DNA from: a virus
Taxonomy: Duplodnaviria > Heunggongvirae > Uroviricota > Caudoviricetes
Virus record (IMG/VR): IMGVR_UViG_2565956714_000004
Direction: 5' to 3' (one strand)
DNA length: 35,772 nt
Of the stretch, positions 9,655 through 19,171 are shown one piece after another (positions within the stretch are counted from its first letter, which is position 1; each line of letters starts with the position of its first letter). Both the position numbers and the translations under genes were made by a program. The notes below the pieces were generated by a model that had not been told where the DNA came from, searched no databases, and was given only the letters and a program-made list of their open reading frames with translations.

Positions 9655-9661
9655 GGCTGCC

Positions 9662-10321
9662 ATGGATAAAAATTATGGAAATATAATTTTGTCTGAGGCT
9701 TCGTCAGAAGTTAACACTATTATTAATGATAATAACTTTGACCGTTTTTTGGTTAACTCATCAGTATCTGATAACTCAAAAAAATTATCCTCTTATGTAG
9801 CTAACGATATTAGAATAAATTCAAATAAAACAGCAGTTCAAGCTGGCTCGTTTTTTTTGAAAAAAATTGATGATTCAAATAATTCTTTTGAAAGCATAGT
9901 CATTAAAAAACAAAAAATGACTATGAGTTTACTATTTTCAGAAGATTATGTTGAAGGTGAAATCACTAAGACTCAACTTTATCTTGAAGGCCTTTACAAA
10001 GAAAATTCATTTGTTTTTAGGGAGGTTTTTCAACGGGTTTGGTTAGACCTCTTTCGCAATAAAAATACGTATGAATTACGAAATTTCATATGTGTTGCAT
10101 CTTGCTTAGAATATGAAATTCTTGGTGATAAGGCTGATGCTATCATATTGGCTGCATCGGTTTATGATGATAAATATGTAAATGAAGCAGCTCTGCGTGC
10201 GGCAGAAGGATGGGGCAATCCACAACTTGCACTATATCTAAATGGAATAAGAGATTTTGGAATAAGTTGGTTGGATAATTATAAAAAATCTGTCATAGAC
10301 TATTTGGGACGCATGCAATGA
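9662..10321 (+). CDS. hypothetical protein, cargo operon gene 2 (219 aa)
   Basis: ORF starting 7 nt after gene 1 stop with GAGG RBS; AT-rich; no recognisable motifs. Confidence 0.6.
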   Translation: MDKNYGNIILSEASSEVNTIINDNNFDRFLVNSSVSDNSKKLSSYVANDIRINSNKTAVQAGSFFLKKIDDSNNSFESIVIKKQKMTMSLLFSEDYVEGEITKTQLYLEGLYKENSFVFREVFQRVWLDLFRNKNTYELRNFICVASCLEYEILGDKADAIILAASVYDDKYVNEAALRAAEGWGNPQLALYLNGIRDFGISWLDNYKKSVIDYLGRMQ

Positions 10322-10842
10322 GTTATTTGTTAAGAAAAATATCAATTGCAAAATGGGAACCTAACTTAACATTGCAGCCTGATAATTTTTCAGGCGATGC
10401 TATTACTGGGTGTACACGAACAAAGAATAATACTCTTTCTGTTTGGGCTTCAGATTCAATTGACTTTACCACAGAGGATGTCGAGAAAATCGTTGTTGCA
10501 TTAGCTACAACTATGTCCTCGCCTGATATCATTGATCTTATTTGGTTGGATGAGGACTGGCTTAGAGAAAATGGTGTTCAGATAGCTAACAATCCGGGGC
10601 AAAGTAAGTTTGAAGCTGTAAATCCTATGCATAGGGATTTAGTCGCTATTGACCATCGACAACTTGCAATAGTTGGACAACATATAGTAGAGCAATATAA
10701 TGCAAATCCTGAACTGTATTATAAGCGTTATTCTAGGCCAGAAATTATAGCTTTGGTTCATAAATGGTTGACAAAAAATAATACATTTAAGCTAGAGGAT
10801 TTGCATGAGAAATGGGTAAAGCCTCTTGATAAAATAAAATGA
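10318..10842 (+). CDS. hypothetical protein, cargo operon gene 3 (174 aa)
   Basis: ATGA start/stop overlap with gene 2 (translational coupling); AT-rich; no recognisable motifs. Confidence 0.6.
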   Translation: MSYLLRKISIAKWEPNLTLQPDNFSGDAITGCTRTKNNTLSVWASDSIDFTTEDVEKIVVALATTMSSPDIIDLIWLDEDWLRENGVQIANNPGQSKFEAVNPMHRDLVAIDHRQLAIVGQHIVEQYNANPELYYKRYSRPEIIALVHKWLTKNNTFKLEDLHEKWVKPLDKIK

Positions 10843-10856
10843 CACTTTTGTGTCAT
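10839..10856. terminator. possible bidirectional terminator hairpin (ATGACAC-tttt-GTGTCAT)
   Basis: 7-bp inverted repeat flanked by T/A runs between the convergent cargo operon and portal gene. Confidence 0.3.
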
Positions 10857-10865
10857 TTGTATATT

Positions 10866-11897
10866 TTATTTTAGGTCATAAGGAATGAACTTAATGAGTT
10901 CACATCCAACAAACTCATTAAGTTCTTCTATTCTTTTCTGAAGCGGGAGCAATTCATTACGTACGAATACCTTACTGGCCTTCTCCACATCCCCAAACCC
11001 CCCGACATTATTAGGCATTATCCCCATCATTTGTGGCGGCACACGATGCGCCGCCATCATGTCGTCCCGGCTCACGTTCTTGATATTCAGGAACTCATCC
11101 TTCGCCGCCACTTCTGACAACGGGATAATCTGAAGCCCGTCCTTTTTGCCGTTAGGCGAGTACATAAACAGGTTGCGGAAGTTACCCGGTCCTTTGGCGC
11201 TTTTCATCGCGTTGCGGAGGTTGTTCACGTCCTCCTGGTTCTGCGCGGCATCGGTCATGTACATGATGAAGCCCGCATGACTGCCGTTAATGTAATACTT
11301 GCGACGGAACAGCGTGGCGGACTCATTGAGCAGGGCTGACGGAATAGCAGAAAGATAGCCGGGCAGGCCATAGATCTCCTGATTTATGTCCGGTTCCATC
11401 AGATGGAAAATGCTGCCTTTCGTGAACTGATACGGCTGCGTGGTCATGCCGTATTGCACAAACCAGTAGGTATCCAGGTCTAAACCGCGTCGGGTGTATT
11501 TTGCCAGCGCAGGTTCAAGGGCGATAACTTCACCGAAGCGGTTCGTGCGTTTCTCCAGATAGGCGTTACCAAATACCAGATAGTCCTGTACAAAACGCGA
11601 AAAAGCCTGTTGGCTGAGCAGCGGATGAGGGATATAGGTACTGGTCAGAATGTTGCACTTTACTGCAATCGGGGAACTGTGATGCACGGCAGCGCGGAAG
11701 GTGCGCGCCAGTCCGTCAAAGCTGACGGGCGGCTCATACCAACGGTCCATCTGTACGCATTCCACATAGTCCAGTAATTCTCGGCGGTCCAGAACTGGAA
11801 CGGGATCGCCGAAGCTGAATGCTTCGGCTGTAGTCTGGTTTTTATGCTGGATCTGATTCGTCGCCGCAGTGCGGTTTTTCTTACTCTTTCCCATCAA
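10866..11897 (-). CDS. Q: portal protein (gpQ)
   Basis: 343 aa, size and position as P2 gpQ, immediately downstream of and overlapping the terminase large subunit gene. Confidence 0.85.
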   Translation of the reverse strand: MMGKSKKNRTAATNQIQHKNQTTAEAFSFGDPVPVLDRRELLDYVECVQMDRWYEPPVSFDGLARTFRAAVHHSSPIAVKCNILTSTYIPHPLLSQQAFSRFVQDYLVFGNAYLEKRTNRFGEVIALEPALAKYTRRGLDLDTYWFVQYGMTTQPYQFTKGSIFHLMEPDINQEIYGLPGYLSAIPSALLNESATLFRRKYYINGSHAGFIMYMTDAAQNQEDVNNLRNAMKSAKGPGNFRNLFMYSPNGKKDGLQIIPLSEVAAKDEFLNIKNVSRDDMMAAHRVPPQMMGIMPNNVGGFGDVEKASKVFVRNELLPLQKRIEELNEFVGCELIKFIPYDLK

Positions 11898-13660
11898 AAA
11901 ATCTCCACAATATTGCTGGTATTGGCGGACTCGCCCTGCAGCGGTTCGTTAAACAGTGCGTGCATCGTTGCCCAGGCCAGATCGGCGTGGCTGGCTTCTT
12001 CGCTGCGGCTGGCTTCATAGGTTGGGCGGTTGCCACTGGCGGTGGTTGCGCGACGGATTGCCATGAATGACTGCGCAATGTCGGTGTGCCCGGCGTCAAA
12101 CTCCAGACGGCGGTGGCTGATAATGTCGTAGGCCTTGAGTACCAGGGCGTTTTTAACGTTGGGGTTGTAGACAAACTCCCTGACGGCAGGAAAAAACGCT
12201 TTCACGTTCTCGTAAACCCCGTGACCGACGCCGGTCGAGTCGATGCCGATATAGGCCACGTTATACTGTTCGGTCAGTTTTTTGATGGCGTCAGCCTGGG
12301 CGCGGAAGTCCATTCCGCGCCACTGGTGACGCTCAAGAATGCGGAACTTACCGCCCGGCACGGCTGGCGGTGCCACCACCACGCATCCGGCGCTGTCGCC
12401 GTTCTGCGTACCTTTTGCCGGGTCATAACCGATCCACACTTCGCGCCAGCCAAACGGGCGCAGGGCCAGTGCATGAAAGTCGGTCCAGACTTCCCAACTG
12501 TCCACCATACACGCCTGCAGCTCGCTGAGCGGGAACACGGACGCGAGATCGTCCACGAACTCACACATCAGCAGGTTCTGGTATTCGTCCGGGCTGTATT
12601 CCATGCGCAACTGGTCAAGGTCGAACAGGTTACAGCCGCCGCGCACCGCATCTTCTACGGTGACTATCTGGCGGTATTGCCCGTCTGCGCACAGCAGGCC
12701 GGGGGCCAGATTGCTGTGGGACAGGTCGATGTCCACCTTATCGGCTTTGTTGCGCCCACGGTTGAACAGCGCACCGGACCAGAACGGATAAGCACTGTGT
12801 GTCAGGCTGGATGGCGTGGAAAAATAGGTTTGTCGCCATTTTTTGTGGATAGCCATACCGGAAGCCACTTTGCGCAGCTCCTGGAATTTCGGTATCCAGA
12901 AATATTCATCCAGATACAGGTTGCCGTGGTAACTCTGGGCCGTGCGGGCATTGGTGCCGAGGAAGTAAAGCGTGGCCCCGTTAGGAAGCACCATCGGATC
13001 GCCTTTCAGCTCCACCTCCACTTCTTTGGCGAAGTCGATGATGTACTGTTTAAAGACGTGGGCCTGTGCCTTACTGGCGGAAAGGAAAATCTGGTTACGT
13101 CCGGTAAGCAGGGCGTCAATCAGGGCTTCACGGGCAAAGTAAAAGGTCGCGCCGATCTGGCGTGACTTCAGCAGGTTGCGGATGCGGTTGGTTTTTCCGG
13201 CTTCCCACCAGTGGCGCTGGTAGTTGAACATGGAGGAATGGAAAATTTCTTCCAGCTTCTCAATCTGTTCATCGGTGAAAACATTCTTTTCCGGCTGACG
13301 GCGCGGGCCTTTGTTGCGGTTGGCGACGTTTGGGTTTAAGTCGGCTTCGTTGCCGCCATTGTTAAACTTGCCGATCCGCGCGTGGCGTTCCGATTGGCGC
13401 GCCAGCAGGTCAATCTCTTTGAAATCTTTCCCTTCTTTGTGCTCCTTCATAATGAGCTGGCAGTAGCGTGCGGCGGTGGTGAGCTGCATCTGATCCAGCG
13501 GCCCATAGTCACCCCACTTGTCGCGTTTTTTCCAGCTGTGAACGGTTGCAACTTTCTCGCCCAGCATTTCAGCAATGCGGGCTACGCGGTATCCCTGAAA
13601 GTACAGCAGCATGGCCTGCCGACGGGGATCGAGATCTGCGGGTGTCAGTGTGGTGTTCAT
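11894..13660 (-). CDS. P: terminase large subunit / ATPase (gpP)
   Basis: 588 aa, P2 gpP-like size and position; divergent from the O-N-M-L capsid operon. Confidence 0.85.
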   Translation of the reverse strand: MNTTLTPADLDPRRQAMLLYFQGYRVARIAEMLGEKVATVHSWKKRDKWGDYGPLDQMQLTTAARYCQLIMKEHKEGKDFKEIDLLARQSERHARIGKFNNGGNEADLNPNVANRNKGPRRQPEKNVFTDEQIEKLEEIFHSSMFNYQRHWWEAGKTNRIRNLLKSRQIGATFYFAREALIDALLTGRNQIFLSASKAQAHVFKQYIIDFAKEVEVELKGDPMVLPNGATLYFLGTNARTAQSYHGNLYLDEYFWIPKFQELRKVASGMAIHKKWRQTYFSTPSSLTHSAYPFWSGALFNRGRNKADKVDIDLSHSNLAPGLLCADGQYRQIVTVEDAVRGGCNLFDLDQLRMEYSPDEYQNLLMCEFVDDLASVFPLSELQACMVDSWEVWTDFHALALRPFGWREVWIGYDPAKGTQNGDSAGCVVVAPPAVPGGKFRILERHQWRGMDFRAQADAIKKLTEQYNVAYIGIDSTGVGHGVYENVKAFFPAVREFVYNPNVKNALVLKAYDIISHRRLEFDAGHTDIAQSFMAIRRATTASGNRPTYEASRSEEASHADLAWATMHALFNEPLQGESANTSNIVEIF

Positions 13661-13706
13661 GGCACAAACCTACAGCCTTGAATGAAGGCTTTCCCCGCCT
13701 GCGGTT

Positions 13707-13724
13707 TGTGTGGTTGTCGGTACA
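13707..13724. promoter_or_regulatory. Ogr-type late activator box (TGT-N12-ACA) in P/O divergent promoter region
   Basis: TGTgtggttgtcggtACA between divergent P and O starts; centre ~55-60 nt from either gene start. Confidence 0.5.
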
Positions 13725-13802
13725 AATACCGCGCATTGTTTCACTGCCCCCATCACCGCAACCATAAGGCTCCAGTAAGTTTTTTCTAACGGAGCACGGC
13801 TC

Positions 13803-14636
13803 ATGACAGTGAAAACAAAGCGTTTTCGCATCGGGGTGGAAGGTGCCACCACCGACGGACGCGAAATCCAGCGTGAATGGCTGGAACAGATGGCAGCCAG
13901 CTACAACCCGGCGGTGTATACCGCGCTGATTAACCTTGAGCACATCAAGTCTTATCTGCCGGACAGCACCTTTAACCGTTACGGCAAGGTGACGGCGCTG
14001 TTTGCCGAAGAAATCACGGAAGGTCCGCTGGCAGGCAAGATGGCGCTGTATGCCGACGTTGAGCCAACGGAATCCCTGGTGGAGCTGGTGAAAAAAGGCC
14101 AGAAATTATTCACCTCTATGGAAGTCAGCCCGAAGTTCGCTGATACGGGCAAAGCCTACCTGGTCGGCCTGGCTGCCACTGATGACCCTGCCAGTCTGGG
14201 TACGGAAATGCTGACATTCAGCGCCAGTGCAGCTCATAACCCGCTGGCAAACCGCAAGCAGAATCCTGCAAATCTCTTTACCGCTGCAGAGGAAACGGTG
14301 ATCGAACTGGAAGAAATCCAGGATGACAAACCGTCCCTGTTTGCCCGTGTCACGGCGTTGTTTACCAAAAAAGAACAGTCCGATGACGCCCGGTTCTCTG
14401 ATGTGCATAAGGCCGTGGAGCTGGTCGCCACTGAGCAGCAGAACCTGAGCGCACGCACCGAAAAATCCCTGTCTGAGCAGGAAGAACGCCTGTCTGAACT
14501 GGAGACTGCTCTGCAGGAGCAGCAAACCGCCTTTAACGAACTGGTGAATAAGCTGAGTCATGAAGACAGCCGCCAGGACTACCGCCAGCGTGCAACAGGC
14601 GGTAACGCCCCCGCTGACACTCTGACCAATTGCTGA
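13803..14636 (+). CDS. O: capsid scaffolding protein (gpO)
   Basis: 277 aa, first gene of capsid operon, P2 gpO-like. Confidence 0.8.
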   Translation: MTVKTKRFRIGVEGATTDGREIQREWLEQMAASYNPAVYTALINLEHIKSYLPDSTFNRYGKVTALFAEEITEGPLAGKMALYADVEPTESLVELVKKGQKLFTSMEVSPKFADTGKAYLVGLAATDDPASLGTEMLTFSASAAHNPLANRKQNPANLFTAAEETVIELEEIQDDKPSLFARVTALFTKKEQSDDARFSDVHKAVELVATEQQNLSARTEKSLSEQEERLSELETALQEQQTAFNELVNKLSHEDSRQDYRQRATGGNAPADTLTNC

Positions 14637-14652
14637 TGGAGCACAAAACCCG

Positions 14653-15711
14653 ATGAAGAAGAATACCCGCTTTGCTTTTAACGCTTACCTGCAGCAGCTG
14701 GCGCGTCTGAACGGTGTGGCAGTTGAAGAACTGTCCAGCAAATTCACCGTAGAGCCGTCTGTGCAGCAGACGCTGGAAGACCAGATCCAGCAATCCGCCG
14801 CATTCCTGACGCTGATTAACGTCACGCCAGTGACTGAGCAGTCTGGTCAGTTGCTGGGGCTGGGTGTTGGCAGCACCATTGCCGGAACCACTGATACCAC
14901 CGCAAAAGAGCGTGAGCCTGTCGATCCGACGCTGATGGTCGATGTGGAATATAAATGCGAGCAGACCAACTTTGACACGGTGCTGACCTACGCGAAGCTG
15001 GACCTGTGGGCGAAGTTTCAGGATTTCCAGGTGCGTATCCGTGACGCCATCGTGAAACGTCAGGCACTGGACCGCATCATGATCGGCTTTAACGGCGTGA
15101 AGCGTGCGAAAACCTCCAACCGTAGCGAAAACCCGCTGCTGCAGGATGTGAACAAAGGCTGGCTGCAGAAAATCCGTGAGGATGCACCGGATCACGTCAT
15201 GGGCAGCACCACTACGGGCGGTGAAACCACACCGGGCGCGGTGAAAGTCGGTAAAGGGGGCGAATATGCCAACCTGGACGCTGTGGTGATGGATGCGGTC
15301 AATGAGCTTATCGACGTGGTCTACCAGGACGATGACGATCTGGTGGTGATTTGCGGGCGTGAACTGCTGTCTGACAAGTATTTCCCGCTGGTCAACAAAG
15401 AGCAGGAAAACAGTGAAAAACTGGCTGCCGATATGATCATCAGTCAGAAACGCATGGGGGGCCTGCAGGCCGTGCGTGCGCCGTTCTTCCCGCCGAATGC
15501 GCTGCTGATCACCCGTCTGGATAACCTGTCCATCTACTGGCAGGAAGACACCCGCCGCCGTTCAGTTATCGACAACCCGAAACGTGACCGGATTGAAAAT
15601 TTTGAATCCGTTAACGAAGCCTACGTGGTTGAGGACTACCGCTGCGCCGCACTGGTGGAAAACATCCAGATTGGCGACTTCAGCGCCGCCGCAGCAGAAA
15701 CCGGAGCGTAA
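14653..15711 (+). CDS. N: major capsid protein (gpN)
   Basis: 352 aa; translation aligns with P2 gpN along its length (TRFAFNAY...KFTVEPSV...GFNGVKRA...VGKGG.YA.LDA). Confidence 0.9.
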   Translation: MKKNTRFAFNAYLQQLARLNGVAVEELSSKFTVEPSVQQTLEDQIQQSAAFLTLINVTPVTEQSGQLLGLGVGSTIAGTTDTTAKEREPVDPTLMVDVEYKCEQTNFDTVLTYAKLDLWAKFQDFQVRIRDAIVKRQALDRIMIGFNGVKRAKTSNRSENPLLQDVNKGWLQKIREDAPDHVMGSTTTGGETTPGAVKVGKGGEYANLDAVVMDAVNELIDVVYQDDDDLVVICGRELLSDKYFPLVNKEQENSEKLAADMIISQKRMGGLQAVRAPFFPPNALLITRLDNLSIYWQEDTRRRSVIDNPKRDRIENFESVNEAYVVEDYRCAALVENIQIGDFSAAAAETGA

Positions 15712-15714
15712 TTC

Positions 15715-16365
15715 ATGAGCCTGAGTCCCGCACGGCAGCATCGCCTGCGCGTTCAGGCTGAACAGGCCGCTCGCGAGGGTGGCAGTGTTCGCCACGCGTC
15801 GGGCTATGACCTGATGCTGCTGCAACTGGCGGAAGACCGCCGCCGTCTCAAGGGCGTTCAGTCCACGGTCAAAAAAGCGGAAATCAAAGTGGAGCTGCTG
15901 CCGAAGTACGCCGCCTGGGCAGAGGGTGTCCTGGCTGCCGGAGGCGCTCAACAGGATGACGTGCTGATGTACGTGATGTTGTGGCGCATTGATGCCGGAG
16001 ATTATGCCGGGGCGCTGGAGATTGGGCGTCATGCCCTGCGTCATGGCTGGGTGATGCCGCTGGGTAACCGCAACGTGCAGACCGTGCTGGCAGAGGAAAT
16101 GGCAGACGCGGCGCAGAGCGCAATGCTTGCCGCCACCGGCTTTGATGCCGATCTGTTGCTACAGACGCTGGAGCTGACAGACGGTCTGGATATGCCGGAC
16201 CAGTCACGGGCGCGTCTGCATAAAGCGATTGGCGCAGTCCTGAGTGAAAGCAATCCGGCTTCCGCCCTTAATCATCTCAACCATGCGTTACAGCTCGATC
16301 CCCGCTGTGGCGTGAAAAAAGACAAACAGCAGCTGGAGCGCAGACTGCGCAATGACAGCCGCTGA
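15715..16365 (+). CDS. M: terminase small subunit (gpM)
   Basis: 216 aa; QDDVLMYVMLWRIDAGDYAGALEIGRHAL matches the conserved gpM core. Confidence 0.85.
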   Translation: MSLSPARQHRLRVQAEQAAREGGSVRHASGYDLMLLQLAEDRRRLKGVQSTVKKAEIKVELLPKYAAWAEGVLAAGGAQQDDVLMYVMLWRIDAGDYAGALEIGRHALRHGWVMPLGNRNVQTVLAEEMADAAQSAMLAATGFDADLLLQTLELTDGLDMPDQSRARLHKAIGAVLSESNPASALNHLNHALQLDPRCGVKKDKQQLERRLRNDSR

Positions 16366-16460
16366 CAGAACGTGCCCCCGCGCACGGGCGGCACGGGGTG
16401 GCGAAAGGCACTGCCACATCAAAACCCCGTCCACCGCCCTCTATTTCAGGAGAAAGCAGC

Positions 16461-16925
16461 ATGAAGTTTGTTGCGCCAGAACAGGCACCGGAACAGGCGG
16501 AAATCATCAGAAATACGCCGTTCTGGCCTGATGTGGACCTGTCGGAGTTTCGCAGTGTCATGCGCACTGACGGCACGGTGACGCAGCCGCGTTTAAAGCA
16601 GGTTGCGCTGTCGGCAATTTCGGAGGTCAACGCAGAGCTGTATGAGTTTCGCAGACGTCAGCAGATGCTGGGGTATGTGTCGCTGGCTGAGGTTCCGGCG
16701 GAACAGCTGGACGGCAAAAGTGAGCGCATTCAGCACTATTTCAACGCGGTTTACTGCTGGGCACGCGCCATGCTCAACGAACGATACCGGGACTATGACG
16801 CCACGGCATCCGGTGTGAAGCGAGGCGAGGAACTGGCGGAATCCAGCGGTGATTTGTGGCGTGACGCCCGCTGGGCTATCAGCCGGGTGCAGGATGCGCC
16901 GCACTGCACAGTGGAGCTTATCTGA
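16461..16925 (+). CDS. L: head completion/stabilisation protein (gpL)
   Basis: FWPDVDLSEF...ATVELI matches P2 gpL; start at ATG 16461 after AGGAG RBS, not the upstream extension. Confidence 0.8.
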   Translation: MKFVAPEQAPEQAEIIRNTPFWPDVDLSEFRSVMRTDGTVTQPRLKQVALSAISEVNAELYEFRRRQQMLGYVSLAEVPAEQLDGKSERIQHYFNAVYCWARAMLNERYRDYDATASGVKRGEELAESSGDLWRDARWAISRVQDAPHCTVELI

Positions 16926-17128
16926 TGAAAGTGCGTGCGCATCAGTATGACACGGTGGACGCGCTTTGCTGGCGTCATTACGGGCGCACGCAGGGTGTCA
17001 CGGAGCAGGTACTGAAGGCAAATCCGGGGCTTGCCGAATATGGCCCCTTTTTACCTCACGGGCTGCAGGTGGAGCTGCCGGACATTCCGACCACCACCAC
17101 CGTGCAGACCGTCCAGCTATGGGACTGA
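16925..17128 (+). CDS. X: tail protein X (gpX)
   Basis: 67 aa, same size and position as P2 gpX; TGATG overlap with L. Confidence 0.7.
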   Translation: MKVRAHQYDTVDALCWRHYGRTQGVTEQVLKANPGLAEYGPFLPHGLQVELPDIPTTTTVQTVQLWD

Positions 17129-17131
17129 ATT

Positions 17132-17347
17132 ATGACGCTTGAGCGAATCAGCGCCTTTATCACGTACTGCATCGCCGTTGTGCTGGCCTGGCTGGGCGAT
17201 TTGTCCATCAAGGATGCCTCAACGCTGGGCGGCCTGATGATTGGTGTGCTGATGCTGGCTATCAACTGGTACTACAAACACAAAGCCTACCAGCTTCTGC
17301 GCGACGGGCAGATCTCGCGGGAGGACTATGAATCCATCAATCGTTAA
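17132..17347 (+). CDS. holin (class II, two TMDs, pinholin-like)
   Basis: 71 aa with two hydrophobic segments and a charged C-terminus, directly upstream of the endolysin. Confidence 0.65.
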   Translation: MTLERISAFITYCIAVVLAWLGDLSIKDASTLGGLMIGVLMLAINWYYKHKAYQLLRDGQISREDYESINR

Positions 17348-17840
17348 ACGCTGCCTTGTCGGGGCCGTGCTGACTATTGCTGCCACGCTGCCGGGTTTTC
17401 AGCAGCTTCACACCTCCGTGGAGGGGCTGAAACTGATTGCCGATTACGAAGGTTGTCGTCTGCAGCCGTATCAGTGTAGCGCGGGGGTATGGACTGACGG
17501 CATTGGTAATACGTCGGGCGTCATTCCCGGCAAAACCATTACGGAGCGACAGGCAGCAGAAGGGCTGATCTCCAACGTGCTGCGTGTGGAGCGGTCACTG
17601 GAAAGGTGTGTGAAGCAACAGCCACCGCAGAAGGTGTATGACGCTACGGTGTCATTTGCCTTCAACGTGGGAACGGGCAATGCCTGCAGCTCCACGCTGG
17701 TGAAATTGCTCAATCAGCGGCGCTGGGCGGATGCGTGCCGACAGTTGCCGCGCTGGGTTTATGTAAAAGGTGTGTTTAATCAGGGGCTGGATAACCGCCG
17801 TGCGCGGGAGATGGCTTGGTGTTTACAGGGAGCAAACTGA
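17328..17840 (+). CDS. SAR endolysin (T4-type lysozyme, GH24)
   Basis: Catalytic E...D...T triad region (DYEGCRLQPYQCSAGVWTDGIGNT) preceded by a weakly hydrophobic Gly/Ala-rich N-terminal segment (LVGAVLTIAATLPG) typical of signal-anchor-release endolysins. Confidence 0.8.
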   Translation: MNPSIVKRCLVGAVLTIAATLPGFQQLHTSVEGLKLIADYEGCRLQPYQCSAGVWTDGIGNTSGVIPGKTITERQAAEGLISNVLRVERSLERCVKQQPPQKVYDATVSFAFNVGTGNACSSTLVKLLNQRRWADACRQLPRWVYVKGVFNQGLDNRRAREMAWCLQGAN

Positions 17841-17841
17841 A

Positions 17842-18219
17842 ATGAAAAAGAAATTAATCAGCGGGCTGTTTCTGATGTTATGGATGGCGCTGTTAATCGC
17901 AGCAATGGTGTATCCGCAGGGGATTTTTCCGGTACTGGCAGCGTCCGGCGTTTGGGTAGCCTGTCTGCTGACATGGGCGGTAATTCCGGTAGCACTGGCT
18001 GCGTTAATTAAGAATGGCCCGCTCTGGCAGGAGTTGAGGGCATCTTTGCTGAAGACAATTACCCGAAAAGAAAACGTATTTATCAGCTGGGTGATGCGAT
18101 TGCTGATTGTCGTCAGTCTCGCCTGGACGGGGTGGGCTATTACCCTGGTCTTTTATCTACTGACCGTTATTGCCTTCTGGATCACCCGTAATCAGATGGC
18201 GCAACAGGTAGCAGCATGA
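17842..18219 (+). CDS. LysA-like membrane protein (lysis-timing accessory)
   Basis: 125 aa with about four predicted TM segments, between endolysin and spanins as in P2. Confidence 0.5.
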   Translation: MKKKLISGLFLMLWMALLIAAMVYPQGIFPVLAASGVWVACLLTWAVIPVALAALIKNGPLWQELRASLLKTITRKENVFISWVMRLLIVVSLAWTGWAITLVFYLLTVIAFWITRNQMAQQVAA

Positions 18220-18644
18220 ACCGGTTGCTGCTGGTTGTGCTGGCGTTATTACTGGCGTCGCTGGGCTGGCAGATGTGGCGGCTGGCTGATGCCAGCCAGA
18301 CCATCAGCACGCAGGCAGACGAGCTGCGGAGCAAAAGTCAGGCACTGGCAAAGAGCAACAGCCAGCTTATCAGCCTGTCCATTCTGACTGAAACCAATAA
18401 CCAAGAGCAGGCGCGGCTCTATGCCGAAGCAGAACAGACCAGCGCGCTGCTGAGACAACGACAACATCGGATTGAGGAACTGAAACGTGAGAACGAGGAT
18501 TTACGCCGCTGGGCTGATACTCCTTTGCCTGCTGACATTATCCGGCTGCGGGAACGTCCGGCACTCACCGGAGGTGCAGCTTACCGTCAGTGGTTGTCCG
18601 CGAGTGACGCCGTGTCGGCTGGATCAGGCAGCGCCGCGCACTAA
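18216..18644 (+). CDS. i-spanin (Rz/LysB-like)
   Basis: N-terminal TM segment then coiled-coil-like charged region; contains an embedded +1-frame lipoprotein ORF. Confidence 0.7.
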   Translation: MNRLLLVVLALLLASLGWQMWRLADASQTISTQADELRSKSQALAKSNSQLISLSILTETNNQEQARLYAEAEQTSALLRQRQHRIEELKRENEDLRRWADTPLPADIIRLRERPALTGGAAYRQWLSASDAVSAGSGSAAH

Positions 18645-18777
18645 CGGTGATCTGAACGCATTGCTGGATGAAACGGAGGCCGCCTGGGCGGTCTGTGCAG
18701 ACAAAGTGGACATGATTATTGCGTGTCAGGAGCGAAACAGTGAACAAACCACAATCCCTGCGCCACGCCCTCAATAA
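18487..18777 (+). CDS. o-spanin lipoprotein (Rz1/LysC-like), partly embedded in the i-spanin gene
   Basis: Signal peptide with lipobox LSGC and Pro-rich mature region; starts inside the i-spanin gene in another frame and extends past its stop. Confidence 0.6.
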   Translation: MRTRIYAAGLILLCLLTLSGCGNVRHSPEVQLTVSGCPRVTPCRLDQAAPRTNGDLNALLDETEAAWAVCADKVDMIIACQERNSEQTTIPAPRPQ

Positions 18778-19171
18778 AGCAGTGCCTTATGTCCGCAATA
18801 ACCCGGACAAACTGCATCTGTTTGTGGATAACGGTTCGCTGGTTGCCACGGGAGCCAGCTCCATGTCATGGGAGTATCGTTACACCCTGAACGTAGTGAT
18901 AGAGGATTTCAGCGGCGACCAGAATCTGTTGATGGCCCCGGTTTTGCTGTGGCTGCGGGATAACCAGCCCGATGCCATCAATAACCCGGCGTTACGGGAA
19001 AAGTTATTCACCTTTGAGGTGGATATTTTGCGCAACGATGTCTGTGATATCAGCCTTAACCTGCAACTGACGGAACGTGTGCTGGTCAGCACTGACGGCA
19101 CTGTGTCCAGCGTTGAAGCTGTAGCGGAACCCGATGAACCTGAAGAAATGTGGACGGTGAAACGTGGCTGA
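18740..19171 (+). CDS. R: tail completion protein R (gpR)
   Basis: N-terminus NKPQSLRHALNKAV...LHLFVDNGS resembles P2 gpR as recalled; GTG start at 18740 after AGGAGCG RBS. Confidence 0.7.
   Translation: MNKPQSLRHALNKAVPYVRNNPDKLHLFVDNGSLVATGASSMSWEYRYTLNVVIEDFSGDQNLLMAPVLLWLRDNQPDAINNPALREKLFTFEVDILRNDVCDISLNLQLTERVLVSTDGTVSSVEAVAEPDEPEEMWTVKRG

Noticed and set aside
12086-13165. 359-aa plus-strand ORF inside the terminase large subunit gene
   Set aside because: Antisense shadow ORF entirely within a well-supported gene; low-complexity translation, no RBS.
14533-16044. Several minus-strand ORFs (14533..15195, 15562..16044, 15884..16207) within the capsid and terminase-small genes
   Set aside because: Antisense to well-supported structural genes; typical shadow ORFs.
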